Assembly (NCBI GenBank): GCA_001179505.1
Contig: CDMY01000617.1
Location: 1 to 41,971 of the forward strand
Source: Vitrella brassicaformis CCMP3155
Taxonomy: Eukaryota; Protista; Chromerida
Direction of reading: 5' to 3'
DNA length: 41,971 nt
Position 1 is the first letter of the stretch. Each line of letters begins with the position of its first letter. A program made the translations under genes and the position numbers. Positions 30,228-41,971 of the stretch are shown here, in pieces. The notes beneath the pieces were generated by a model. It worked only from the letters and a program-made list of their open reading frames with translations, was not told where the DNA came from and ran no database searches.

Positions 30228-31181
30228 CCGAGGCTGAATTGTTTGTGCGGTGGGTGGTGTGTCGGTGTGAGTGTCGGTGTGTGTGGTGCTTTCCTCCGTA
30301 CCGCATCGATCGATGTTACTTACTGAGTTGTGGCGTTGCATCAATCACGTACGTGACTGACTTGTGTGTCGTGTCCTCCATCCCGGTCGACGTATTGGTG
30401 TGCGCCTGCCCTCTTTGTCTTTCATGTGAGTGGTGTGGGTGTGGCATGGGTAGTACACACTCGTGGGGACGGACACATGGGGTATGGGAGTGGCCGTCAG
30501 GCGGACAGAATATCCGGCCTGCACACACGACTGAGTGAGTTTCCATTAAATTAGTGAGACAGACGCAAGCGGAAAGGTGCCGCCGGTCAGGAAAATGTCA
30601 GTTCACTCCAGGCAGGTCCGTCGCGGCACACACACATGCAGACACTCCACCACACAGTCGTTAGGAGAGAGGCACGGCCAGTGAGTCAGCCAGGCAGCCA
30701 CACACACTCTCACATCGGCCGGAGCACCATATCAAAATCGGCCGGCCGCGGATCGGAGCGCACAAGATGCACACTCACCCCACACCCCCCGACAGGCAGG
30801 CAGCGATGAGGACGGGAGGATATCTATTCACACATACAGACATACAGAGAGGGAGGGAGGGAGGGAGGGAGGGCTACAATCAGAGCAGAGAGACGCCACG
30901 GGCAAAAAGGCCAAGCCATAGACCGACTGAACTGACGCATGCATCAGAGCCAAGCCAGCCATTGGGTCACCCATCAGCAGCTGGTCTGTCTGTCGACAGA
31001 CTGAGGGGTATGGTCGTCTTGCGCACACACAGATTGGCTACAGAGATGACGACAGCCGGCACCCAGAAAAGAGACCCTCCTGACGACAGACACGCACACA
31101 CACACCAGTAAGGACAGCATTCAGTCACATGACAGAGGACGTCCGTCGCTGCTCACCCACCAGTACTGGCTGATGGATCGA

Positions 31182-32984
31182 TCAGTCGCCGCTCTCCGCC
31201 TCAGCTGCGGCATCTTCACCCATCGAAGACACAGGACACACAGTACACACACACATGAATGAGAGGGCCTCTGTGTGCTGTGGTGCGCTCCTCTCTTGGT
31301 ACCTGCGCTGCCCTCATCCATATCGTCACCATCGTCGGCATCTGCAGACCACACACACAGAGAGAAGGCACGTCATCCATCCATCCATCCATGCGTGTGT
31401 GTGTCCTTACCGTCGATGTCGTCATCCTGCTGTTGCTGCTGCTGCTATACTTGTGTGTCGAAGACGTATGACGCCACCGCCCCCAACGCCACACGAGCCA
31501 GCCGAGTGGTCACCGGGAAGCGGTGCTTGAAGGGACCACCCTCACACAGAGGCGCCTCAGTCGTGAAGACAAACACATCCACTGCACACAAGGCACAGGA
31601 GGATACGCGATGTATGACCAGCAGAGCTGCCTCTCTGTCAGTCTGACCGTTGTTGTTTCCTCATTCGCTGATAACAATCGATGCGACGAAGTTGTGGCTG
31701 TTGTCGGTGACCACCAGCCGTCGCAGATCACCGTTCAATCCGAGTGTGGTGGTGCAGCCGGCCACCGGTGTGTGGGGCGAGTCGGTCAGCAGGCCATCCA
31801 GACGGCCCCCACCAACAAACCTAAACCAACCACAGGCACACACACATTCAACGGCGCTCTCTCTTGCCTTTAGTGCTATCGGTGTGTTGTCACCTGTTCA
31901 GTGTGATCAATGTGTCGTCGGTCTGGTGAGTGGCGCTGAAGTGGCTGAGGACCATGTACTTGGCCAACGACGACACTGACGCATCGGTTTCCTGGCCGCC
32001 ACCGATCGACACCCATCGGCCGTCATGGCCCCGGTAGTAGATGCTCTCACGTACCGGCGGGTCGTGTGCCTGCCGGTGCTGCCGATACAGGTGGCCGGCA
32101 GGGAGTGACTCCGAGGGGCAGGTTGACATCCAGTCGGAAGCCGGGCTCGTCTTTGATGGCCCGCACCTCACCGTTGCCGTTTTGGAACAGCTGCAGGCAG
32201 CTGTCGTCACTGAAGTGGAGGTGGCGGGCGACCATCTTGAGCTGCGCCAACACACGGGGAGCCGACACATAGGCCTACACACAGAACCACACACACAGAC
32301 AGACAGACAGACAGAGAGACAGACAGAGAGAATGAGGCCCTCTCCCTCTCCTCCCCGCCCCTCTGTTTGCTGGCTCACCGTCTTGTTTGTGTGTGTGTTG
32401 GTGTCATCGGCTGTGAGGATGACAGGCAGGTCACAGTTGCCGCACTGCCCCGCCAGCTCAATCACCTCGCCGATCTCGTCCCATGGCCCCTCCTCCACCG
32501 CACACAGCCGCCAGCAGATCATGTGTGCCGAACTGGTCGTCGTCGAACCGCAGCAGCTGCACTTGCTGCCCATTCACCGCCCGCCGCAGCCCCGCCTGTG
32601 AGCCCAGCGAGTGGCGGAGCCGATCTCTCAGCTGCGCCTCTCCGAAGAGGTCTCTCAGCCACGTGCAGGTGGCCCTCAGCCGCACAATGTCCTTGATGCT
32701 GCTGAAGAGGTAGAAGGTGCGGCGGCCGACGAAGATATACGAGAAGGGGTGCTGCTGCTGCTGCTGCTGCTCTGGTGGCTGCATCTGGGTAGCTGTGATG
32801 TGCTCGACGACAGCCTGCACAGAGCGACAGAGCCGACAGAGGATCGTGTGCATCAAGCATGCTGCTCATTGATCTGTGTGCGGCTCACCTCGTTCGATGA
32901 TCAGATGGACAGATCACCAGGCAGAGAAGTGATTGCTGCACCACCACCATCACCTTCAGCAGCGGCAGATGAGGATGCCGCCAT
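31182..32984 (-). pseudogene. Family A copy A4, disabled
   Basis: 10-nt frameshifting insertion at ~32103-32112, premature TGA at 31661-31663 and TAG at 31445-31447. Confidence 0.85.
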
Positions 32985-33300
32985 CACTCCTCAACGACAC
33001 GCCTGCTGCGATGAGCCGACAGACACAGAGAGAGAGAGAGAGATGCCAACGGAAGAGGACGGGGAACGCATTGAGGCCAATGGATCAGTGAGCGCCTCAG
33101 TGAGTGAGTCAGTGAGTGGTCGGCCTCTCTCACCTCTGTTTGGCTGTCAGCTCAATGGCCCGCCATCTCACCGCAGCAGCCGAGAGGGATGACTGACTCG
33201 AGTGATTCCTCTCGCCCTCTTGCCGGCCGAGTGCGGCACAGACTCTGTCAACGCACAGCTTTAGGCGGACAAAGGCTGCCAGTGGGGCTCCCTTCTCTCA

Positions 33301-33340
33301 TAGGGTTAAAGGGTCAGAAACCCTTTGATCCCAAACCCGT
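33301..33340. promoter_or_regulatory. Telo-box-like motif in the A4/B1 divergent region
   Basis: tagggttaaagggtcagaaaccctttgatcccaaacccgt. Confidence 0.4.
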
Positions 33341-33493
33341 TGATCCCACTCGGTCCCTTTCTCCTTTCATTCGCCACCTCCCTGACGGCCGACAGCACAC
33401 ACGAGATCTGCTTGTGGTGTGCCACGATGCGTGTGACACGCAGGCGCGGCGGCTGCTGGCGGCACTGACTGAGGGTCTGCGACACGCGTCGAG

Positions 33494-34692
33494 ATGATGC
33501 ATGGCGCCGTCTTTGCCGCTGTCCTTTTGGCAGCAGCAGCAGCCTCTGCATCTGCCAAATGTGCGTCGTTTCTTCCCGCACCAGCCGCCCACGAACGCGC
33601 CATCGCCCGTCAACCGAATGGACGGCTGCTCAGGACTCCCCACCATTTGCAAGCCACCACGCACGACGAAAACGTTGTTGACCCAGTCACCCACCTGGAA
33701 GCTGTAGCGGTGAGTGGGTGAACAATTCAATACACGTGAGTGTGCGTGTGTGTGTGTGTGTGTGCCAGGACCGGATGGCTGGGCGTGTTGGGCCGGCTCC
33801 AACTGATGAAGAGCTCATGCAGTGGTTCGCCGACGGGGAGGCCGCATTGGCTGACTTCATGGAGGGCAGAACGTCGAAATGGAAATATAGGTCGACAGCA
33901 TTGATGAGAACCTACCTTGTTTTGCGTGCATCTGTGTGTTTGTTGCTCGCTGGTTGCAATGCAGACCGCCCATTTCTGACGAGGATCTGAAGGCTGCGCT
34001 CTCTGAGTTCTGTAGGCAATCCATACCGTGGAACCCACTCACTGTTTGGTTATCCATCTCTGTGTGTGGTATGTCGCTGTCTGTGTGGGTGGCAGATGTG
34101 CTCATGCTGTTGAAGTGTCGACAGAAAGGTAACAAAGCGAGATGAGTGAGCGTGGGCAGACAAGACACGACACNNNNNNNNNNNNNNNNNNNNNNNNNNN
34201 NNNNNNNNNNNNNNNNNNNNNNNNNNNNNNNNNNNNNNNNNNNNNNNNNNNNNNNNNNNNNNNNNNNNNNNNNNNNNNNNNNNNNNNNNNNNNNNNNNNN
34301 NNNNNNNNNNNNNNNNNNNNNNNNNNNNNNNNNNNNNNNNNNNNNNNNNNNNNNNNNNNNNNNNNNNNNNNNNNNNNNNNNNNNNNNNNNNNNNNNNNNN
34401 NNNNNNNNNNNNNNNNNNNNNNNNNNNNNNNNNNNNNNNNNNNNNNNNNNNNNNNNNNNNNNNNNNNNNNNNNGGGGTGTTCAGATTTGGACGTGTCGCA
34501 CAGAGCCAGGGTCTACAACTACGCATTAAACGACTTGGCCGACAGCGGCACACTCTCGCAAGTGAGTGGTGTCAGGCGTTCACAACCGATGGCTGCTGCT
34601 GGCTGGCTGGCTGGCTGGCTGTGTGTATGCCTCTCTCTCCTCTGTGTGTGCAGTGGCTGGCTGAAATACAAGCCTTACAGGGCGACTTATGA
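33494..34692 (+). CDS. Family B copy B1: signal-peptide protein, C-terminally truncated by a deletion
   Basis: MMHGAVFAAVLLAAAAASASAKCASFLPAP..., then DRMAGRVGPAPTDEELMQWFADG..., RPPISDEDLKAALSEF, a gap, DLDVSHRARVYNYAL and WLAEIQALQGDL*. It lacks the exons present in B2. Confidence 0.65.
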
Positions 34693-35654
34693 GAGGCAAG
34701 AGACGGCACAAACGTCAACACAAGAAAAGGCCCAGGGCGACTTCCTTCTGCAGGGTGCTGAGCAGATACAAGAGGCCCACGTCAGGGAGGCCACCAAGCG
34801 ATGAATTAATGACACATGTGTATGTAATATAACAGCCGGCCTTGTTCGTTTGGAGACCGAGGCTGTGTTTTGTATGTGTCGCTTGTATGTGATCGATGGG
34901 TGTGTGGACGGTGTATGTCAAGACATTAAGTGCGATTCTCTGTGCTGCTTGTCAAACAACAAGTGTGTGTGAGTCTGCCGACGACCGACGAGCGTACGCA
35001 GCTATGCTTTTCACACTGGCGATATGAGTCCACACACTGAGTCTTAGCGGAGCCCGCCCATGCCGCCGGTCAGGAAAATGCCAGTTCACTCTATGCACGT
35101 CCGTCATGCTCACGGCACACACAGACAGACAGACTCCACCACACGGTCATCAAGAGAGGGCATTGGCGAGTGAGTCAGCCAGGCAGCCACACACTCACAT
35201 CGGCCGAACCACCGCATCAACATCGGCAGGCAGCGGAGAACATGACCAGATGCGCCCACACCCCCACCCCCACCCACAGGCAGCCAGCCATGAGAACGGG
35301 CAGAGTTCTATACACACAAACAGACATGCAGAGAGGGAGGAGAGAGGGCTACGCCTAGAGAAGAGAGACCCACGAACAAAAAGGCCAAGCCATAGACCGA
35401 CTGAACTGATTCATGCACCAGAGGCACGCCAGCCATTCGGTCACCCATCAGCAGCTGGTCTGTCTGTCTGTCGACAGAGTGATCGGTGTGCGGTTCGTTT
35501 TGCGCGCACACAGATCGGCGACAGAGATGACGACAGCCGGCACCCGAAAGATACCATCCTGATGACACACACATGCACGAGCCAGCCAGGACGACATTCA
35601 ATCACATGACAGAGGACGTCCGGAGCTGCTCACCCACCAGTGTTGACTGATCTA

Positions 35655-37481
35655 TCAGTCGCCGCTCTCCGCCTCAGCTGCGGCATCTTCACCTGCGAGT
35701 GCACAGAAAGCAATGCAGACCAAGTTGACGGCCTCTGTGCGCTGTGGTGCCTTCCATCCCGTGTACCTCCGCTGCCTTCATTACGGCTGCCGTCGTCCAT
35801 ATCGTCACCCTCATCATCGTCACCCTCATCGGAATCTACACCACACACACACACAGAGAGAGAGAGAGAGATGCGTCTCATCGATCCATCCATGAATGTG
35901 TGTGCCCCTCCTCCTATTGGTACCATCCTCATCATCGTCGCTATCGTCATCCTGCTGCTGCTGCTGTTGTACTTGTCCGTCGAATACGAATGGCGCCACC
36001 GCCCCCAACGCCACACGACCCAGCTGAGTGGTCACTGGGAAGCGGTGCTTAAAGGGACCACTCCCACACACAGCCGCCTCAGTGGTCCTGACACACACTT
36101 GCACTGCACACAAAAGGAAGAAGAACATGCGACGTATGACCAGCAGCACTTCCTCTCCGTCACTCTGACCGTTGTTTCCGAGTCCCCAGATGAAAATCCA
36201 CGCGACGAAGGGGTGGCTGCCGTTGGTCAGCACCAGCTGTCGCGTATTGCCGTGCAACCCGCTGATTGTCGTAGTGCATCCGGCCACCGGTGTGTGGGGC
36301 GACTCGGTGAGCAGGTCGTTCAGACGGCCGCCACCGACATACCTGAACCAACCACACACGCACACACATTCAACGGCGCACCCCTCTTGCCTTCAGTGCC
36401 ATTAGTGTGTTGTCACCTGTTGACTGTGATCGATGTGTCGTTGGTCTGGTGAGTCTCGTCGAAGTAGACGAGGACCATGTACTTGACAAACGACGACACT
36501 GACGCATCGGCGGACCAGGGACCGTTCGACTTCCATCGGCCGTGGCCACAGGAATGCGTAGAGTAGTAGATGCCCTCACGCACCGGCGGGTCGTGTAGCT
36601 GCCGGTGCTGCCCATACAGGTGGCCGGCAGGGAGGGGCGGGTCGACCTCCAACTCGAAGTCGGGCTGGTCCTTGATGGCCCGCACCTCATTGCCGTGTTG
36701 GAACAGCTGCAGGCAGTTGCGGTCACCGAACTGGATGTCGCGGCCAACCATCTTGAGCTGCGCCAACACACGGGGAGCCGACACATACACCTAAACACAG
36801 GACCACACACACACACAGAGAGAATGAGGCCCTCTCCCTCCCCTCCCCGCCCCTCTGTTTGCTGGCTCACCGTTTTGTTTGTATGTGTGTTGATGTCATC
36901 GGCCGCGAGGATGACAGGCAGGTCACAGCAGCCGCACTGCCCCGCCAGCTCAATCACCTCGCCGATCTCGTCCCATGGCCCCTCCTCCACCACACACACA
37001 GCCGCCAGCAGATCGTGTGTGCCGAATCGGCACTGGTCGTCGCCGAACCGCAGCAGCTGCACTTGCTGCCCATTCACCGCCCGCCGCAGCCCCGCCTGTG
37101 AGCCCAGCGAGTGGCGGAGCCGATCTCTCAGCTGCGCCTCTCCGAAGAGCTGTCTGAGCCACGTGCGGGTGGCCCTCAGCCGCAGGATGTCCTTGATGCT
37201 GCTGAAGAGGTAGAAGGTGCGGCGGCCGACGAAGATATACGAGAAGGGGTGCTGCTGCTGCTGCTGCTGCTCTGGTTGCTGCATCTGGGTAGCTATGATG
37301 TGCTCGACGACAGCCTGCACAGAGCGACAGAGCCGACAGAGGATCGTGTGCATCAAGCATGCTGCTCACTGATCTGTGTGCGGCTCACCTCGTTCGATGC
37401 TCAGACGGACAGATCACCAGGCAGAGAAGTGAATGTCGCACCACCACCAGCAGCGGCAGCGGCAGATGAGGAGGCCGCCAT
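35655..37481 (-). CDS. Family A copy A5, apparently intact from MQQPE (ATG 37284); upstream in-frame ATG 37481 is followed by TGA
   Basis: ORFs 36370-37356, 36413-36790 and 35826-36365 splice in phase. Acidic mini-exons end AESGD* at 35655. Confidence 0.8.
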
Positions 37482-37728
37482 CACTCCTCAACGACACGCC
37501 TGCAGCCATGGGCCGACAGAGAGAGAGAGAGAGATGCCAGCAGAAGAGGACGGCCAACGCATTGAGGCCAATGGATCAGTGAGCGCCTCAGTGAGTCAGT
37601 CAGTGAGTGGTCGGCCTCCCTCACCTCCGATATCTCTAAGGAATCACTATAGTCCGCTGTAGTATGGATGCGAGGACACACAAGACAGCTCACAAGACAG
37701 CTCTCCCCCCCGGTCTCCCTCTCTCTCT

Positions 37729-37766
37729 GGGGTTAAAGGGTAACAAACCCTTTGACCCCAAACCCT
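37729..37766. promoter_or_regulatory. Telo-box-like motif in the A5/B2 divergent region
   Basis: ggggttaaagggtaacaaaccctttgaccccaaaccct. Confidence 0.4.
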
Positions 37767-37923
37767 GAGACTCATTCACTTCCACTTCGTTTGTTTCATT
37801 CACAGCCTCCCTGACAGCCCACAGCACACACGAGATCTGCTTGTTGTTTGCCACGATGCGTGTGACACGCAGGCGCGGCGGCGGCTGCTGGCGGCACTGA
37901 CTGACGGTCTGCGACACGCCGAG

Positions 37924-39539
37924 ATGATGCATGGCGCCGTCTTTGCCGCTGTCCTTTTGGCAGCAGCAGCAGCCTCTGCATCTGCCAAACGTGCGTTGTT
38001 TCTTCCCGCACCAGCCGCCCACGAACGCGCCACCGCCCGTCAACCGAATGGACGGCTGCTCAGGACTCCCCACCATTTGCAAGCCACCACGCACGACGAA
38101 AACGTTGTTGACCCAGTCACCCACCTGGAAGCTGTAACGGTGAGTGGGTGAACAATTCAATACACGTGAGTGTGCGTGTGTGTGTGTGTGTGTGTGCCAG
38201 GACCGGATGGCTGGGCGTGTTGGGCCGGCTCCGACTGATGAAGAGCTCATGCAGTGGTTCGCCGACGGGGAGGCCGCATTGGCTGACTTCATGGAGGGCA
38301 GAACGTCGAAATGGAAATATAGGTCGACAGCATTGATGAGAACCTACCTTGTTTTGCGTGCATCTGTGTGTTTGTTGCTCGCTGGTTGCAATGCAGACCG
38401 CCCATTTCTGACGAGGATCTGAAGGCTGCGCTCTCTGAGTTCTGTAGGCAATCCATACCGTGGAACCCACTCACTGTTTGGTTATCCATCTCTGTGTGTG
38501 GTATGTCGCTGTCTGTGTGGGTGGCAGATGTGCTCATGCTGTTGAAGTGTCGACAGAAAGGTAACAAAGCGAGATGAGTGAGCGTGGGCAGACAAGACAC
38601 GACACGACACGCCTCTCTCTCTCTCTCTGTGTGTGTGTGTGNNNNNNNNNNNNNNNNNNNNNNNNNNNNNNNNNNNNNNNNNNNNNNNNNNNNNNNNNNN
38701 NNNNNNNNNNNNNNNNNNNNNNNNNNNNNNNNNNNNNNNNNNNNNNNNNNNNNNNNNNNNNNNNNNNNNNNNNNNNNNNNNNNNNNNNNNNNNNNNNNNN
38801 NNNNNNNNNNNNNNNNNNNNNNNNNNNNNNNNNNNNNNNNNNNNNNNNNNNNNNNNNNNNNNNNNNNNNNNNNNNNNNNNNNNNNNNNNNNNNNNNNNNN
38901 NNNNNNNNNNNNNNNNNNNNNNNNNNNNNNNNNNNNNNNNNGATTTGGACGTGTCGTACAGAGCCAGGGTCTACAACTACGCATTAAAGGACTTGGCCGA
39001 CAGCGGCACACTCTCGCAAGTGAGTGGTGTCAGGCGTTCACAACCGATGGCTGCTGCTGGCTGGCTTGCTGTGTGTATGCCTCTCCTGTGTGTGTGCAGT
39101 GGATGGCTGAAATAGGTCAGCTCTGCAACACATGTGCTCCCTCCCTCCATCCATGTGCGCAGAGAGTGCACGATGACGACCAACAGCAGGAGATCCATCT
39201 ACTGCGCAAGCGGCTCGACAAGGCAGAGGCTGAGCTCGCCAGGTGAGGATCGCAGCAGACAGTCAGGCAGGCAGGCTGGCAGGCAGGCAGGCACACATGC
39301 GGGCAACAGGGCGAACCGAGCACACACATGAACAAGAGCCTTGCTCTCTCTCTGCCTGCTCTCAGTTTTCGCTGTGAAGTCAACGAGCTGAAGAAACGCG
39401 TAGGCACACGCCGCGCGACAAAGACACATGGATGCGCGATTCACCTGTGCTGTGTGTGTCGTGAATGCAGCTGCAAACATCGACAAGCGCCGGTGCATCC
39501 GAGCCTCCCCCGACGAGCACACAAATGGAGGGTGATTGA
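37924..39539 (+). CDS. Family B copy B2: signal (possibly bipartite) peptide, unknown core, C-terminal coiled coil
   Basis: Same exons as B1 plus VHDDDQQQEIHLLRKRLDKAEAELAR, FRCEVNELKKR and LQTSTSAGASEPPPTSTQMEGD* (39471-39539). The 3' exon chain is inferred. Confidence 0.65.
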
Positions 39540-40852
39540 CCCGTGTCCGCTGTCTGTCGATCACGCACAGCACTCGTGTGTGTATGGCTTTTTCGTGCTG
39601 GCGACTGACTGACTGAATGGAAGGCAGGGGAGGCCAGGCGGACGAAAGGGCTCATGTGCATGCAATGTATACGGGTAGCATACCTTACCTGTACATATAT
39701 ACCGTAGTGTACGTATATGTATGTGCTTTCGTCGACGGGAGGAATGGTCCATTCTCTCTCCTGCTGTGCTCCTGTGCACTTACGCGAGTGTCGCATGTGG
39801 CGGCCAGTCATCTATTCAATCAATAACTCAATCAATGAATGGCTCGTTCACTCATTCACTCATTCATCCATTCATCCATTGATCATTGCAAATACAAGCC
39901 TTACAGGGCGGCACATGAGAGGCAAGAGACGGCACAAACACAAGAAGAGGCCTAGGGCGACTTCCTTCTGCAGGGTGCTGAGCAGATACAAGAGGGGCCC
40001 ACGTCAGGGAGGCCACCAAGCGATGAATTAATGACACATGTGTAGTATGACAGCCGGCCTTGTTCGTTTGGAGACCGAGGCTGTGTTTTGTATGTGTCGC
40101 TTGTATGTGATCGATGGGTGTGTGGACGGTGTATGTCAAGACATTAAGTGCGATTCTCTGTACTGCTTGTCAAATAACAAGTGTGTGTGAGTCTGCCGAC
40201 GACCGACGAGCGTACGCAGCTATGCTTTTCACACTGGCGATATGAGCCCACACACTGAGTCTTAGCGGAGCCCGCCCGTGCCGCCGGTCAGGAAAATGTC
40301 AGTTCACTCGATGCAGGTCCGTCATGATCACGGCACACACAGACAGACACATTTCACCACACAGTCATTGAGAGAGGGGGAAGCATGGCCAGTGAGTCAG
40401 CCAGGCAGCCAAACACATTCTCACATCGGCCGAACCATCACATCAAAATAGGCCGGCAGCTGGCCAGCAGGAGGGTCTCTCTTCTTCAGGCAAACAGACA
40501 CACCGAGGGCGAGAGGGAGTGAGGGAGAGAGGGCTACGCATAGAGAAGAGAGACCCACGAGCAAAAAGGCCATGCCATAGCCGTGAAGTGACGCATGCAC
40601 CAGAGGCATGCAACTCTTTACACACAGCCATTGGGTCTATCATCAGCAGCTGGTCTGTCTGTCGACAGAGTGAGAGATATGGTCGTCTCGCACACATAGA
40701 TCGGCGACAGAGATGACGACAGCCGGCACCCAGAAAAGAGACCCTCCTGGTGACACACACACACACATGCACGAGCCAGCCAGGACAACATTCAATCACA
40801 TGAGAGAGGATGTGAATCGCTGCTCACCCACCAGTGTTGACTGATGGATCGA

Positions 40853-41971
40853 TCAGTCGCCGCTCTTCGCCTCAGCTGCGGCATCCTCACCTGTCGAGTG
40901 CACAGAACACACACACACAAATGAAAGTCATTCAGGCCGACGTGAGGGCCTCTGTGCTGTGCTGTGTGTGGCTGCGTACCTCCGTCGCCCTCTCCGCCGC
41001 CGTCATTCACACCGTCAGTCTCATGGTCATCACCTCCTAGCCACACACAGAGAAGGTACGTCATCCATCCATCCATGTGTGTATCCTTACCATCGTCGCT
41101 GTCGTTATCATCTTGCTACTGCTGCTGTTGCTGCCGCTGTACTGGTCCGTCGAATACGAATGACCCCACCGCCCCCAACGCCACGCGAGCCAGCTGAGTG
41201 GTCACCAGGAAGCGGTGCTTGAAGGGACCACTCACACACACAGCCGCCTCAGTCGTCTCGACAAAGACACGCACTGCACACAAGGGGAAGAAGGACACGC
41301 GACGTATGACCAGCACAGGTGCCTCTCTGTCTCCCTTACCGTCTCCTAATCCGATGATGGAAATCCAAATCCATGCGACGAAGTTGTGGCTGTTGTTGGT
41401 GAGCACCAACCACCGCCTGTCACCGAGACACGCTATTGTGGTCGTGCATCCGGCCACTGGTGTGTGGGGCGAGTCGGTCAGCAGGCCATCCAGACGGCCG
41501 CCACCGACGTAGTACTGAACCAACCACACCACACGAACAATCAAAGGCGCTCTCTCTTGCCTTTAGTGCCATTGATGTGTCACCTGTTGAGTCGTATCAC
41601 TGTGTGATTGGTCTGATGAGTCACCTTGAAGTGGTCGAGGACCATGAACTTGGCAAACGACGACACTGACGCATCGGTGTACGGGCCACAACCGGTCGAC
41701 ACCCACCCGCCGTCGGGCGAGTAGAAGATGCCCTCACGCACTGGTGGGTCGTGTAGCTGCCGGTGCTGCCCATACAGGTGGCCGGCAGGGAAGGGCGGGT
41801 CGACCTTTAGCTCAAAGCCGGGCTCATTCTTGATGGCCCGCAGCTCACCATTGTGTTGGAACAGCTGCAGGCAGCTGCCGTCACGCAAGTGGACGTGGCG
41901 GCCGACCATCTTGAGCTGCGCCAACACACGGGGAGCCGACACATACGCCTACACACAGGACCACACAGACA
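40853..41971 (-). pseudogene. Family A copy A6 (3' part), probably disabled
   Basis: The acceptor reads cag|tactacgtc instead of cag|gtatgtc (+2 nt, out of phase with the AG| donor). TAG at 41116-41118 at the end of the Q-run. Confidence 0.7.

Larger units (their letters stand above)
30575..41971. repeat. Tandem array of a ~4.5-5.2 kb unit (family A minus + family B plus); third unit truncated by the window
   Basis: The anchor gccggtcaggaaaatg(t/c)cagttcactc recurs near 30582, 35064 and 40282. Spacer 34670-35060 is nearly identical to 39895-40280. Gene order A-B-A-B-A. Confidence 0.9.

Noticed and set aside
1-41971. Nuclear genetic code with UGA = Trp
   Set aside because: Well-supported genes (GH18, the Ubl fusion, family A, the Cys-rich gene) end in TGA, and the TGA at 31661 aligns with F/L/T rather than W.

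Overview
Eukaryotic draft scaffold with six 300-N placeholder gaps. It is GC-rich and intron-dense, with short introns full of (GT)n/(CA)n/(GGAT)n microsatellites. This style resembles the chromerid alveolate Vitrella brassicaformis (inference only; no search run). Most ORF-track entries are antisense or microsatellite artefacts, so I rebuilt genes by hand from splice signals. Recognisable genes: a divergent cyclin-fold gene, a FAM172A/Arb2-like pseudo-hydrolase, a secreted and probably GPI-anchored PMP-like beta-helix protein, an intronless GH18 chitinase plus a 5'-truncated copy, a DUF1399/GRDP-like + ubiquitin-like fusion, and a secreted Cys-rich protein. There are six copies of an uncharacterised 'family A' gene (polyQ, F-box-like motif, HTPVAGCTTT core, acidic tail). 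Three of them lie in a tandem array; two of those are paired head-to-head with a signal-peptide 'family B' gene, and the third runs off the window. The most interesting signals are (i) an in-frame cyclin-to-family-A splice fusion, (ii) an in-frame UGA conserved in the first coding exon of three family A copies, and (iii) family A behaving as a shuffled cassette under birth-and-death evolution. No tRNA, rRNA, CRISPR array or intact transposon was recognised.
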